Source of the DNA: an uncultured Methanosarcinales archaeon
Lineage (GTDB): Archaea; Nanobdellota; Nanobdellia; Woesearchaeales; JAGVZT01
NCBI GenBank assembly: GCA_964419615.1
Contig: CAYQPU010000014.1
Location: 1-38,111, forward strand
DNA length: 38,111 nt
Direction of reading: 5' to 3'
A program made the translations under genes and the position numbers. The notes beneath the pieces were generated by a model, which was not told the DNA's origin, made no database searches, and worked only from the letters and a program-made list of their open reading frames with translations. How positions within the stretch are numbered: position 1 is the stretch's first letter; each line of letters starts with the position of its first letter. Positions 29,087 through 38,111 of the stretch are shown in pieces.

Positions 29087-32000
29087 TGGAGAATGGGTGG
29101 AGTTGCTGTAGATGGTGGTACTGAAACAATGTTGTTAGATAACACTGGAGATCTTAGTATTGATGGTGTGTTAAGTGCAGGAGATTCAAGTCCTGATGGA
29201 AACGCTTACCACACATTTGGAATTGGAGATGCAGATGAAAGTGGAATTAATGGAACAGATGATGTTTATGTAAGTGGAGATTTGGAAATTGATGGAACCT
29301 TCTTTGGAACAATCGAAGCAACCACGGTTGTAGACATTTGGGTCAATGAATCCGGAGATACTATGACTGGCAACCTGACAATGGCAGACAGCAATATATT
29401 TGATGCCAACACCATACAAGCAAACATAATTGAAGATTCAGAAGACAGTAACCTTGTTGTAAATGATGACTTGCAAGTTAGTGGAGAACTGGATGTTGAT
29501 GGCACAGGAGATAGCACAATAGCTGGCAGACTTGTAATGGCTGGCAACATGTCTATGGCAGATAATAATATTCAAGATGCAAATATAGTGCAGGCAAATA
29601 CTCTCCTAGACATTGAAGATAATAACTTGGTTATAAGTGACAATCTTGACATCACAGGGGTGCTAAGCGCAGGAGACTCAACCCCAGACGGAAATGCATA
29701 CCACACATTTGGTACAGGAGATGCAGACGAATCCGGAATTAATGGAAGCGATGATGTTTATGTGTCAGGAGATCTAGAAATAGATGGTACCTTCTACGGT
29801 TCATTATCAGCAGATGTTGTAGAAGATGTCTGGGTAAATGAATCCGGAGACACCATGACTGGTGACCTTAACATGGGAAGCAACAGCATATTGGATGTTG
29901 CAGGAATTCAGGCAAACACAATAGAAGATAATGATGATGGTACTCTTACAATAAATGATGACTTAGCTCTAACCTCTGGTGATCAAATTAACTTTGTTAG
30001 TGAAACAGGAGATAAGATATACTGGAGCGCAAATACTTATGGAACAGGAATAGAAACTAATACTCTGACCTCATGGTCTGCAAACCAGTTCAGGTGGAGA
30101 ACAGGAGGAACTGCAGTAGGAGGAGGTACTGAAATACTATTATTGGATAATACAGGAGATCTAAGCACAGATGGAGTTATATCAGCAGGAGACTCAACTC
30201 CCGATGGAAATGCATATCATACATTTGGAACCGGAGATGCAGATGAAGCTTCTGTTTCAGATGCAGACGATGTATATGTGAGCGGAGATCTAGAGATAGA
30301 TGGTAATTTCTATGGCCAGATTGGAGCATCAAGTGTAGAAGACATCTGGGTAAACGAGACAGGAGACATAATGACTGGCTCCTTGAATATAACATACACC
30401 TCAGATCCCGGACTCAAAGTAGGAGACGGCACAACAGGCTATATTGCAGTTGGAGGCTCAAGCATATATGATGCAGCCGGAGACTTGACTTTAGATTCTG
30501 ATAGCGGAGAAGTATATGTTGCAGATGAATTGGGAATTGGAACCAATGCACCAGTTAGACAATTAGATGTAAGGGGGGATGGTTACTTCGGTAGAGACAG
30601 TGCTCAAACATTGTTAAGGGTTTATCGGGCTGGGGATTGGACAACATCTGGCACAAATATAGGGATTGCATTTGGGGGAAGAGGTGATGGCACACATGAT
30701 AGTGCTTCTGATTATAGAGCAGGAGTGTTTTCTGAGTATAATGGAGATATGTATCTGAGTGCCCAAACAGCGACAGGTATCTTAACAAACCCAAAACTTT
30801 ATTCGAAATTATTTATTGAGGGGAGCAATGGGTTCATTGGAATTGGAGACACAACACCAGATGCAAAATTAGATATATTGCACAATGGATCTGGGGCATC
30901 CTTCAGAGTTGATGATGATAGTGAAACAGACACCACACCATTCATAATAGAAGCAGACGGTGATGTAGGTATAGGGGAGGATGTGCCAACTGGAAAACTT
31001 GAAGTAGAAGGAAACACAGTAATTGATACTCAAACTGGAACATACGGGTTTTATGTGACCAGGTTAGGAGGAACATCTAATCAGTACAATAAAATGTATG
31101 TAAATGATGCTTGGGCTTACTTTATCCATGAGCAAGATGAGGATTCAGGAACAAGAGGAGGATTTATATTTAATATGGATGATGATGGTACACAGGATCC
31201 TCACTTTTACATTCAAACAAAGTCAGGAAGTACAGTATTAGATGTAAATAAATCAGGAAGTTTACTTGCCGATGGAGTTTTGTCTGTTGGTGATAGTTCC
31301 CCAGACGGAAACTCTTATCACACATTTGGTACAGGAGATGCAGACGAAGCAGGAATCTCAGGAGCAGAAGATGTATACATATCAGGAGATTTGGAAATAG
31401 ACGGAACACTATATGCAACAGTCAGCGCAGATAATGTGGAGGATATTTGGGTGAATGAGTCTGGTGATACTATGACTGGAGCATTAACTATTGCTGTTAG
31501 TGCTAATCCAGGTTTAACTGTCAATAATGGAGGAACAGGCTATATCACTCTTGGTGGTTCAAGCATCTATGATGCTGCTGGTGATTTAACACTAGATTCT
31601 GATAGTGGGGAAGTTTATATCCCTGATGAGTTGGGGATTGGAACAGCTTCACCTAGTGCTGCATTGGATGTTGAATTAGTAGGCAGCGGAAAAGCATTAG
31701 AACTTGTTGGTGAAAATCTTGATGTTGACTTGCATCTTGGCCATGATGGATCTTCATATGGATTCTACTGGAGGTACAAAGGAACAGATAGTGGGAATAA
31801 CAATGATCTTGAGCTTTGGGCTAATAACCAAGGTGGTGCAGATGTCCAAGTTTACAATGTACACCAAGATGGAAACATGGGAATTATACAAAATGTAGGA
31901 GTAGGGGACACAGATCCGGATGCAAAACTTGATGTGCTAAACACGGGTTCAGGAACATCTTTCAGAGTGGATGATTCTGCTGATGGTGACACAACTCCAT

Positions 32001-33000
32001 TCATAATAAATGCAAGCGGGGCAGTAGGTATTGGAACTGCCACTCCTAGCTATAAACTTGATGTTAATGGAAATGCAAGATTCACAGGTGATGCTATATT
32101 ACAAGGCAATGATGCTGCTTTAACTATTACTGATGGTGGCTCAAATACACATGTTATTGATAATTGCGATACTAATGAGTTATGTATTGAATCACAGACT
32201 TATGTGAATATAGATGCTAACAAAAATGGGGATAGAGAGGTTGAAATAAAGGAGGATAAAATAAACTTACTGGATAATGCAGAATCTTATGGTTATCATT
32301 ATATCAGAGGAGTCTTATCAGCAGGGGACTTAACCCCAGATGGAAATGCCTATCACACATTTGGAACCGGCGATGCAGACGAGGCAGCAATAACAGATTC
32401 AGAAGATGTTTACATCTCCGCAGATCTGGAAATAGACGGCACATTCTATGGAACAATTGATCCTGGCAGTATTAATGATATCTGGGTAAATGAGTCAGGA
32501 GACACCATGTCTGGAGATTTAAATATGAATGATAATGATATCCAGAATGCACAAAGCCTTTCCTTTAATAATGAAGAGCCATATGGATGGAGCAGTCCAG
32601 GAAGCTCAACAGGCCAGATAGCATATGACCTTTCAGGAGGACTTTGGTTCCATCCTGGAGGAAGTGCATGGGGATCTTACACTAGTGGAACTTGGTATAG
32701 AATAATGGACACAGGCAACACAAGATGGGGGGATCATATAAGCATAGATACGGGAGGAGACTCAACACCAATAACAATAGATGTGGATGATGACTGGGTC
32801 AATGAATCAGGAGATTCAATGTCCGGCGACTTGAATATGTCAGATAATAATATCTATGATGCAAACACAATCCAGGCCAACATATTAGAAGATGGAGAGG
32901 ATGGAGTCTTAACAATAAATGATGATCTGACAGTTTCAGGAGGAGATATCTCAATAACCTCAGCATCATCAAATGCATTTGAAATGTCTGGCTCAGGAGA
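26250..33000 (+). repeat. Degenerate ~172-aa (516-bp) fibre repeat array spanning the internal stop codon
   Basis: Recurring DIWVNxSGDTMTG, FRWRxGG and YHTFGxGDADE motifs, with 516-bp spacing for several units; 72-bp identical stretch at 27131-27202 and 27647-27718. Confidence 0.85.
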
Positions 33001-35395
33001 AGTTGATATTCATTATACCTCAACTGCAGGAGGAGGTACATGGCAGGTTGGTACTGGTTGGGCAGGTGCAAATTATGGAGCAGACAGTTTCTTTTGGTAT
33101 AAAGCAGCTGAGAGGATGAACTTAGATGATGATGGAGATCTTAGGATTACAGGAGATGCTACAGTTGTTGGCGGGAATTTGTATATTGGAGATGATGCAG
33201 AATGGAGAGATAATGGTGTAAACATAATTTACACTCCAGATTCATTAGATGTGGATGGTTATTCTTACTTTGATGGATTTAGGCTAGATTCAACTGCTAA
33301 TATCAACAACAGAAATTTAGATAATATTGGCAGACTTGATATGGCAGACAATGGAATTGGAGAAGGTCTGCAATGGGCAGATGGGGCAATAGATTACAGA
33401 ATTGCGGTTGCATCAGAATCAAAAACAGAAAGCTATGACACATTATGGATAGACAATAATGCTGGCGCAGGAAGATTAAGAATAGATGGATTTGCAAATG
33501 GTGTAATAATCAATGATGCGCACTTTTATGTTTCAACAGGAGATGCATATATCCAAGGAGGAAGTGTGTTTATAGGAGATGACACAGAATTAAGAGATAA
33601 TGGAGCTAACTTAATATATACTCCTGACAGCCTTGATGTAGATGGATATTCTTACTTTGATGGTTTTAGATTAGATTCCACAGCAAATATTAACAATAGA
33701 AATCTTGATAATATAGGCAAGTTAGATATGAATGACGTTGGAATAAATGAAGGTTTACAATGGACAGATGGAGCAGTAGATTATAGAATTGCTGTTGCTG
33801 ATGAATCTAAAGGAGAAATTAATTATGAAACCTTATGGATAGATAATTTTGCAGGTACAGGAAGATTAAGAATAGATGGATTCACAAATGGTGTGTATAT
33901 TAATGACGCAGATCTCACAATAGGAGGAGGAGATATTGCAACAAATGTGATTCCAAGGATAACTCCAATTTATCTCAGAGGAACTGGATTAAACAACAAT
34001 GCAAACAAAATACTTGAAATTGGGAGCTCAACCCAGTATAATACAGGTGGTAGGGGCTTAAGGTTAACAGTTATTAGGAAATCAGATCATGTAATATTAT
34101 CAGATAGTAATTATGATACTTATGGGAGTGCAGCTGCCTCAAACAATCTGGCAACTGCATTGAATGCAATGACAAATGCCCAGATTGGAGTTTTAACTAG
34201 TTATGATGCATGGGAAGCTTCTGTTACTGCGAACTTGGACACAGCATTCCAAAGAAAAGGGTTGTATAAAGCAGCTGTTTCCCCAAATAGTGGTTCAAGA
34301 AGACCTTATGCTGCCATATTTGAAGGAGCCAGTAGCTCAGAATATAGTGACAAAGCTGTTGAGTGTTTATTAGATGATACAGTTAACCAACCTTATTGTG
34401 AAATAAGGGGATGGTTAATTGATGGGTCTTTTACTGCTACTGGAACTACTAAGAATACATTAACAAATACACAAGGCACTTCAGCAGGAGTTGTTGTAAA
34501 TGAAGCAGGTGCAGTTGGTTTGGGAACGATCAGTCCTTCAGGCGGTGCAGGAGATCTGACAGTTATGGGAGATAATGTTTACTTTGGGACTAGTATACCA
34601 TATATAACAGGATCAGGAGCATACATTGACTGGAACGCAGACCATGCAACAGTTTCAGGAATGAGATTTTATAACAATGGAGCCTCATTATATGGTTATA
34701 TATACGGAACAAGCTCATACTTTGGACTATTAAACAATGCAGGAAACTGGGGAATTCGAATACCAAGCGGAACCCAGAATGTACAAGTATTAGAAGACCT
34801 TTATGTGGGATATAACAGCGGCTCAGATAATGACTATGTTTACTTTGACCAGAGTAACGAATACCTTGCATATGATGATCCAAGTGCAACAGATATTGGG
34901 GGAACTGGAACAGGAAGATTTGAATTAAGTGATGATTTAGAAGTTGAAGGAAATGTCAGGCCATCAGGAGCATTAGCAGACAACTATCATTTGATTGGAG
35001 TCACAACTTTGTTTGGGAATGCTGGTCAGAGAGCATTCAGAACAACCTCAACCTCATTTCAACAATTTTCAGAAGTTTATGGTCCTTTCAGTTATTCAAT
35101 CCCAACATGTCCATCTGGAACAACAGTCCAGTACAAATTATATGTAGAATATGTTGACAGTATGACAACATCTGGAAGCTCAACTTTGAGAATCGACTTT
35201 TCTTCAGGAACAGATAGAGACTTTACCTTATCAAGAACATGGGGAGCATCACCTTATTTTAGAAATTACCTCTCCTCATTTTTCACAGAATCAAACACAA
35301 ACCATGCAACATTACAAATAAGATTAAACAGTCCAACACCACCTAGTGCATATATAGAATTAAGATTAGCACAACTTTGGACTTACTGTACATAA
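29087..35395 (+). CDS. Giant surface protein, part 2 (in frame with part 1): fibre repeats, GIGT..P modules, ILEI/PANDER-like domain, C-terminal tip domain
   Basis: 29093-18572 is divisible by 3; the repeat continues across the TGA (AIHF*WRMGG); no signal peptide at Met 29093. Confidence 0.85.
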   Translation, partial: WRMGGVAVDGGTETMLLDNTGDLSIDGVLSAGDSSPDGNAYHTFGIGDADESGINGTDDVYVSGDLEIDGTFFGTIEATTVVDIWVNESGDTMTGNLTMADSNIFDANTIQANIIEDSEDSNLVVNDDLQVSGELDVDGTGDSTIAGRLVMAGNMSMADNNIQDANIVQANTLLDIEDNNLVISDNLDITGVLSAGDSTPDGNAYHTFGTGDADESGINGSDDVYVSGDLEIDGTFYGSLSADVVEDVWVNESGDTMTGDLNMGSNSILDVAGIQANTIEDNDDGTLTINDDLALTSGDQINFVSETGDKIYWSANTYGTGIETNTLTSWSANQFRWRTGGTAVGGGTEILLLDNTGDLSTDGVISAGDSTPDGNAYHTFGTGDADEASVSDADDVYVSGDLEIDGNFYGQIGASSVEDIWVNETGDIMTGSLNITYTSDPGLKVGDGTTGYIAVGGSSIYDAAGDLTLDSDSGEVYVADELGIGTNAPVRQLDVRGDGYFGRDSAQTLLRVYRAGDWTTSGTNIGIAFGGRGDGTHDSASDYRAGVFSEYNGDMYLSAQTATGILTNPKLYSKLFIEGSNGFIGIGDTTPDAKLDILHNGSGASFRVDDDSETDTTPFIIEADGDVGIGEDVPTGKLEVEGNTVIDTQTGTYGFYVTRLGGTSNQYNKMYVNDAWAYFIHEQDEDSGTRGGFIFNMDDDGTQDPHFYIQTKSGSTVLDVNKSGSLLADGVLSVGDSSPDGNSYHTFGTGDADEAGISGAEDVYISGDLEIDGTLYATVSADNVEDIWVNESGDTMTGALTIAVSANPGLTVNNGGTGYITLGGSSIYDAAGDLTLDSDSGEVYIPDELGIGTASPSAALDVELVGSGKALELVGENLDVDLHLGHDGSSYGFYWRYKGTDSGNNNDLELWANNQGGADVQVYNVHQDGNMGIIQNVGVGDTDPDAKLDVLNTGSGTSFRVDDSADGDTTPFIINASGAVGIGTATPSYKLDVNGNARFTGDAILQGNDAALTITDGGSNTHVIDNCDTNELCIESQTYVNIDANKNGDREVEIKEDKINLLDNAESYGYHYIRGVLSAGDLTPDGNAYHTFGTGDADEAAITDSEDVYISADLEIDGTFYGTIDPGSINDIWVNESGDTMSGDLNMNDNDIQNAQSLSFNNEEPYGWSSPGSSTGQIAYDLSGGLWFHPGGSAWGSYTSGTWYRIMDTGNTRWGDHISIDTGGDSTPITIDVDDDWVNESGDSMSGDLNMSDNNIYDANTIQANILEDGEDGVLTINDDLTVSGGDISITSASSNAFEMSGSGEVDIHYTSTAGGGTWQVGTGWAGANYGADSFFWYKAAERMNLDDDGDLRITGDATVVGGNLYIGDDAEWRDNGVNIIYTPDSLDVDGYSYFDGFRLDSTANINNRNLDNIGRLDMADNGIGEGLQWADGAIDYRIAVASESKTESYDTLWIDNNAGAGRLRIDGFANGVIINDAHFYVSTGDAYIQGGSVFIGDDTELRDNGANLIYTPDSLDVDGYSYFDGFRLDSTANINNRNLDNIGKLDMNDVGINEGLQWTDGAVDYRIAVADESKGEINYETLWIDNFAGTGRLRIDGFTNGVYINDADLTIGGGDIATNVIPRITPIYLRGTGLNNNANKILEIGSSTQYNTGGRGLRLTVIRKSDHVILSDSNYDTYGSAAASNNLATALNAMTNAQIGVLTSYDAWEASVTANLDTAFQRKGLYKAAVSPNSGSRRPYAAIFEGASSSEYSDKAVECLLDDTVNQPYCEIRGWLIDGSFTATGTTKNTLTNTQGTSAGVVVNEAGAVGLGTISPSGGAGDLTVMGDNVYFGTSIPYITGSGAYIDWNADHATVSGMRFYNNGASLYGYIYGTSSYFGLLNNAGNWGIRIPSGTQNVQVLEDLYVGYNSGSDNDYVYFDQSNEYLAYDDPSATDIGGTGTGRFELSDDLEVEGNVRPSGALADNYHLIGVTTLFGNAGQRAFRTTSTSFQQFSEVYGPFSYSIPTCPSGTTVQYKLYVEYVDSMTTSGSSTLRIDFSSGTDRDFTLSRTWGASPYFRNYLSSFFTESNTNHATLQIRLNSPTPPSAYIELRLAQLWTYCT

Positions 35396-35499
35396 ATAAA
35401 AAAGACAAAAATGTAGAGATTATTCAAAAGTAGTCACATAAATTATATTAATATGTTAACAAAAAAGAATATATTAAGGGGGAAAAAGAGGTAATTCAA

Positions 35500-38111
35500 A
35501 TAAACAAAAATAGTTTATTTTGGAGAATAGTAGTTATCTTTATATTTATAATTAGCTTAGTCTCTTTTGCAAGTGCAGTCCCAATTGTATATTATGATGC
35601 TGACAAAGACCAATTTATTACTGATAAAGACTTGATTGTTACCACCCAGAGAATTATCCTGGGAAGTGATGAAAACTTGATATTAGCAAGAGGAAGCGGA
35701 TATGCCCTTAGAGTAATAACCGAATCAGGCTGGGGGGATCTTGGCTCAATGAACTCAGGCTGGTTCCACCTGCAGACAGACAGGCCAAGGTATTATTTTA
35801 ACAAAGAGGTAAGGGTGGACACAGGTCTGATCGGAAGCTATAATGAGGATCTACAATTAAGAAGAGCCGGAACTACAAAGTTAAACCTGCAAAGCGGAAA
35901 AGCTGATTTTGCTGATGATATTGAGACCAGCTCTGGAGGAGCATATGGTTATGGTGCAATTTGTGGAACATCAGGAACCCAATGCTTAAACTTTAGAAAT
36001 AATGGGTGGGTATATTTGTCTAATACACAAGGAAGTGTATATGGCGGCCAGGGAGTTGCAATGGGAAATCTATGGTCACAAGGAACTTCCTATTTAATTG
36101 GTACAACAAACATAAGAGGACCTATTAGAAATGATGGGGGTTCATATGGTGGTGCTGTGTATATCAATGACCCTTTAACAGTTGTTGGTACTTTTACATT
36201 TGGAAGTGCTACAACAGATAGGCTATACAAAGCTTCAGCCTCACCAGGTGGGTCTGATCCAACTCTGATTGGGGCTCAGAGTGAGTGGAGCCAGGGAGAA
36301 GTTCCCATTATTTCCTTAGGTTACGAGCAGGGAGTTAATTCAGGAACAGATATGGATACAAAAATCTGGTCTTATAGACGAAATCCTTCTGAGTCTTACA
36401 ATTACCTAACCATTGGGAGAAATAGACTTTCATCATCTGGAAATTTTTATGTTGAGAAAGATACTCCTATCATTCGGGTAGTTGATACTGGCGAAAGTAA
36501 TAAGTATATTGAGATGAGATACCAAAGTGGTTGGGGTAGGTTATATAGCTCAAGTAATATATACACAAATCGAATGTTCAGAGCAGATGGTGGATTAAGG
36601 GTGGGTAACGATGAGGGATGGTATAGATATTCTGAGGATGTAATTGCTCCTTATTATGATCATATTAATATGAGGGGATATAGAATAGAAGGATTGGGAG
36701 ATCCTAATAGTGGAGATGATGCAATGGATAGAGACTATGCAGACAGCAGATATCAAAGAAGACAGTCTAATTCTGGTTCAGTTTCTTCTGGTAATTGGTA
36801 TAGAATTGCATCAAATTCTGGAAACCGGGCTAATGCAGAGTTTACTTTAAGGGATTATATCAGTGGAGGAGGGCATTCCACTCTAACTTTTAGGTTGGGT
36901 ATCTCTTATAATGACGCTGGAGGAATTAGTTTTACTGTCTTAAATCATAACAGGTATAGTACTGCCACATTCAGATATGTAAGAATATGTGAAAAATCAA
37001 CTTATGACCCAATGTATGTTGAAGTCTATGTTCAAAGGAGTGGTAGTGTTGATTATTCTATATATGATAATTATCAGAGTTCAGGATGGACACCTGTAGA
37101 CTGGCAATCAGTAGGTAACTGCCCAAGTGGTTATACATCGCGACAATATGATGTGGACAAGATTTTTGTGGTTGGAGACTACTCCAGAAGGTTTGATATA
37201 AGCAGAGGAGGTAATGCTTATTTTTCAAATGATTTAACTGTCGCAGGCGGAGATATATATAATAATAATGGAAATTACCGTTGGTCAGCAGGAGGTAACT
37301 GGAATACGTTTTATACTCCTTCAGGATATATCCAGCTTGGACCTGCGAATAGTGGTTGGGCTCATATTTACTCAAATAAAAACTTCTATTTTAATAGGCC
37401 CCTATACAGATCTGGAAACCTCGTTTGGGATGCTGGAAATGATGGTTCTGGCTCAGGACTAGATGCTGATCTTCTTGATGGTCAGGATGCTTCTTATTAC
37501 TCACAAACAGATGGATACTTGCCAGATGATCCTGCAACCAGCAATGTGGATATGAATGGATATAGTATAACAGGACTAAATTTAATCCAAGACACCTGCT
37601 CAGAAACCTATAATGACTATTGTGTGCAAGGAGACTGGTCTGTTGGAGGCACTGGTGAAAACCTTGAATTCAGAGAGCCAGAAGATGGAAATAAATTATG
37701 GGCATATATCCAGGATGATTGGGGATATAGAACATCTGGTGCTCCAAACATTGGAGTTGGCGGAGTAATCCAATTTGATGGAGATAGTAACAGACAAATT
37801 TATGGTGCTTCAAGAAGTGGTAGTGATACAGTTGTTTTGGATGGGAGGTGGGATGAGCTTGAAGTTAAAGGAAGAGTTATTGACTGGACTGGAAGCAACT
37901 TGCATATAGGATATCAGAGAAGCCATTCTGGTCATTCTATTTATATGGGAGATGGAGGATTAACCAAAGTTCATATTAGAGGAGGAGCTTACCTTAGAGT
38001 AGATAATGATGTTTATGTAGGCTCAAGTTCAGGAGATAATAGTGCTGATTTATGGATAGCAGATAAGATGTATGACTGGGACAACACAGGCTATTATGTT
38101 GATCCCGCAAG
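35500..38111 (+). CDS. Partial secreted phage-tail-fibre-like mosaic protein (non-canonical ATA start proposed; runs off window end)
   Basis: Frame 1 is open from after TAA 35449-35451 to the window end. GAGGT at 35488-35492 precedes ATA 35500, giving MNKNSLFWRIVVIFIFIISLVSFASA-VP. Contains GSGSGLDADLLDG, GDPNSGDDAMDRDYAD and DNTGYYVDPA motifs. Confidence 0.85.
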   Translation, partial: MNKNSLFWRIVVIFIFIISLVSFASAVPIVYYDADKDQFITDKDLIVTTQRIILGSDENLILARGSGYALRVITESGWGDLGSMNSGWFHLQTDRPRYYFNKEVRVDTGLIGSYNEDLQLRRAGTTKLNLQSGKADFADDIETSSGGAYGYGAICGTSGTQCLNFRNNGWVYLSNTQGSVYGGQGVAMGNLWSQGTSYLIGTTNIRGPIRNDGGSYGGAVYINDPLTVVGTFTFGSATTDRLYKASASPGGSDPTLIGAQSEWSQGEVPIISLGYEQGVNSGTDMDTKIWSYRRNPSESYNYLTIGRNRLSSSGNFYVEKDTPIIRVVDTGESNKYIEMRYQSGWGRLYSSSNIYTNRMFRADGGLRVGNDEGWYRYSEDVIAPYYDHINMRGYRIEGLGDPNSGDDAMDRDYADSRYQRRQSNSGSVSSGNWYRIASNSGNRANAEFTLRDYISGGGHSTLTFRLGISYNDAGGISFTVLNHNRYSTATFRYVRICEKSTYDPMYVEVYVQRSGSVDYSIYDNYQSSGWTPVDWQSVGNCPSGYTSRQYDVDKIFVVGDYSRRFDISRGGNAYFSNDLTVAGGDIYNNNGNYRWSAGGNWNTFYTPSGYIQLGPANSGWAHIYSNKNFYFNRPLYRSGNLVWDAGNDGSGSGLDADLLDGQDASYYSQTDGYLPDDPATSNVDMNGYSITGLNLIQDTCSETYNDYCVQGDWSVGGTGENLEFREPEDGNKLWAYIQDDWGYRTSGAPNIGVGGVIQFDGDSNRQIYGASRSGSDTVVLDGRWDELEVKGRVIDWTGSNLHIGYQRSHSGHSIYMGDGGLTKVHIRGGAYLRVDNDVYVGSSSGDNSADLWIADKMYDWDNTGYYVDPA

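Noticed and set aside
18850-37462. Numerous short antisense or alternate-frame ORFs in the track (for example 21979-22374, 24298-24546, 28168-28686)
   Set aside because: Shadows of the long repetitive sense ORFs, with no independent motifs.
1-38111. Genome-wide TGA reassignment (code 4/25) as the explanation for the internal stop
   Set aside because: nop5, hypC, hydB and hydD end in TGA within ATGA overlaps, flpA also ends in TGA, and Trp is encoded by TGG; the internal TGA aligns with Arg, not Trp or Gly.
18572-38111. Prophage or provirus tail module
   Set aside because: No capsid, portal, terminase, baseplate or integrase genes; the proteins have TM or signal peptides and sequons typical of cellular surface proteins.
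1-38111. CRISPR array or IS transposase
   Set aside because: No regularly spaced 25-40-bp repeats with unique spacers and no transposase motifs were seen.

Overview
AT-rich archaeal DNA, most likely from a DPANN/Woesearchaeota-type organism. Fibrillarin plus Nop5 establish Archaea; the finer placement is inferred from protein styles. Standard genetic code: TGA is a real stop, with several ATGA gene couplings. Left half (1-16.7 kb): a partial phosphotransferase-like gene, nop5-flpA, and a dispersed [NiFe]-hydrogenase locus. The locus has hypA, an atypical hypC, a DUF6390-like gene, a maturation protease and the four group 3b sulfhydrogenase subunits; no hypB/D/E/F is in the window. It is interrupted by housekeeping genes and two apparent insertion scars: a dehydrogenase flanked by 13-bp tRNA-3'-end-like direct repeats, and an MNT-HEPN module followed by a diverged remnant of the protease gene. 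A ~170-nt, ~58% GC structured element sits between hydG and hydD. Right half (16.8-38.1 kb): a divergent regulatory hub (tandem-HTH gene, an unannotated 56-aa AbrB-like gene, a 16-bp palindrome) precedes giant membrane-anchored or secreted proteins built from phage-tail-fibre-like repeats. The first is really one 5607-codon reading frame interrupted by a single in-frame TGA at a conserved Arg position. The second, missed by the ORF track, has a signal peptide but no ATG/GTG/TTG start (candidate ATA) and runs off the window end.
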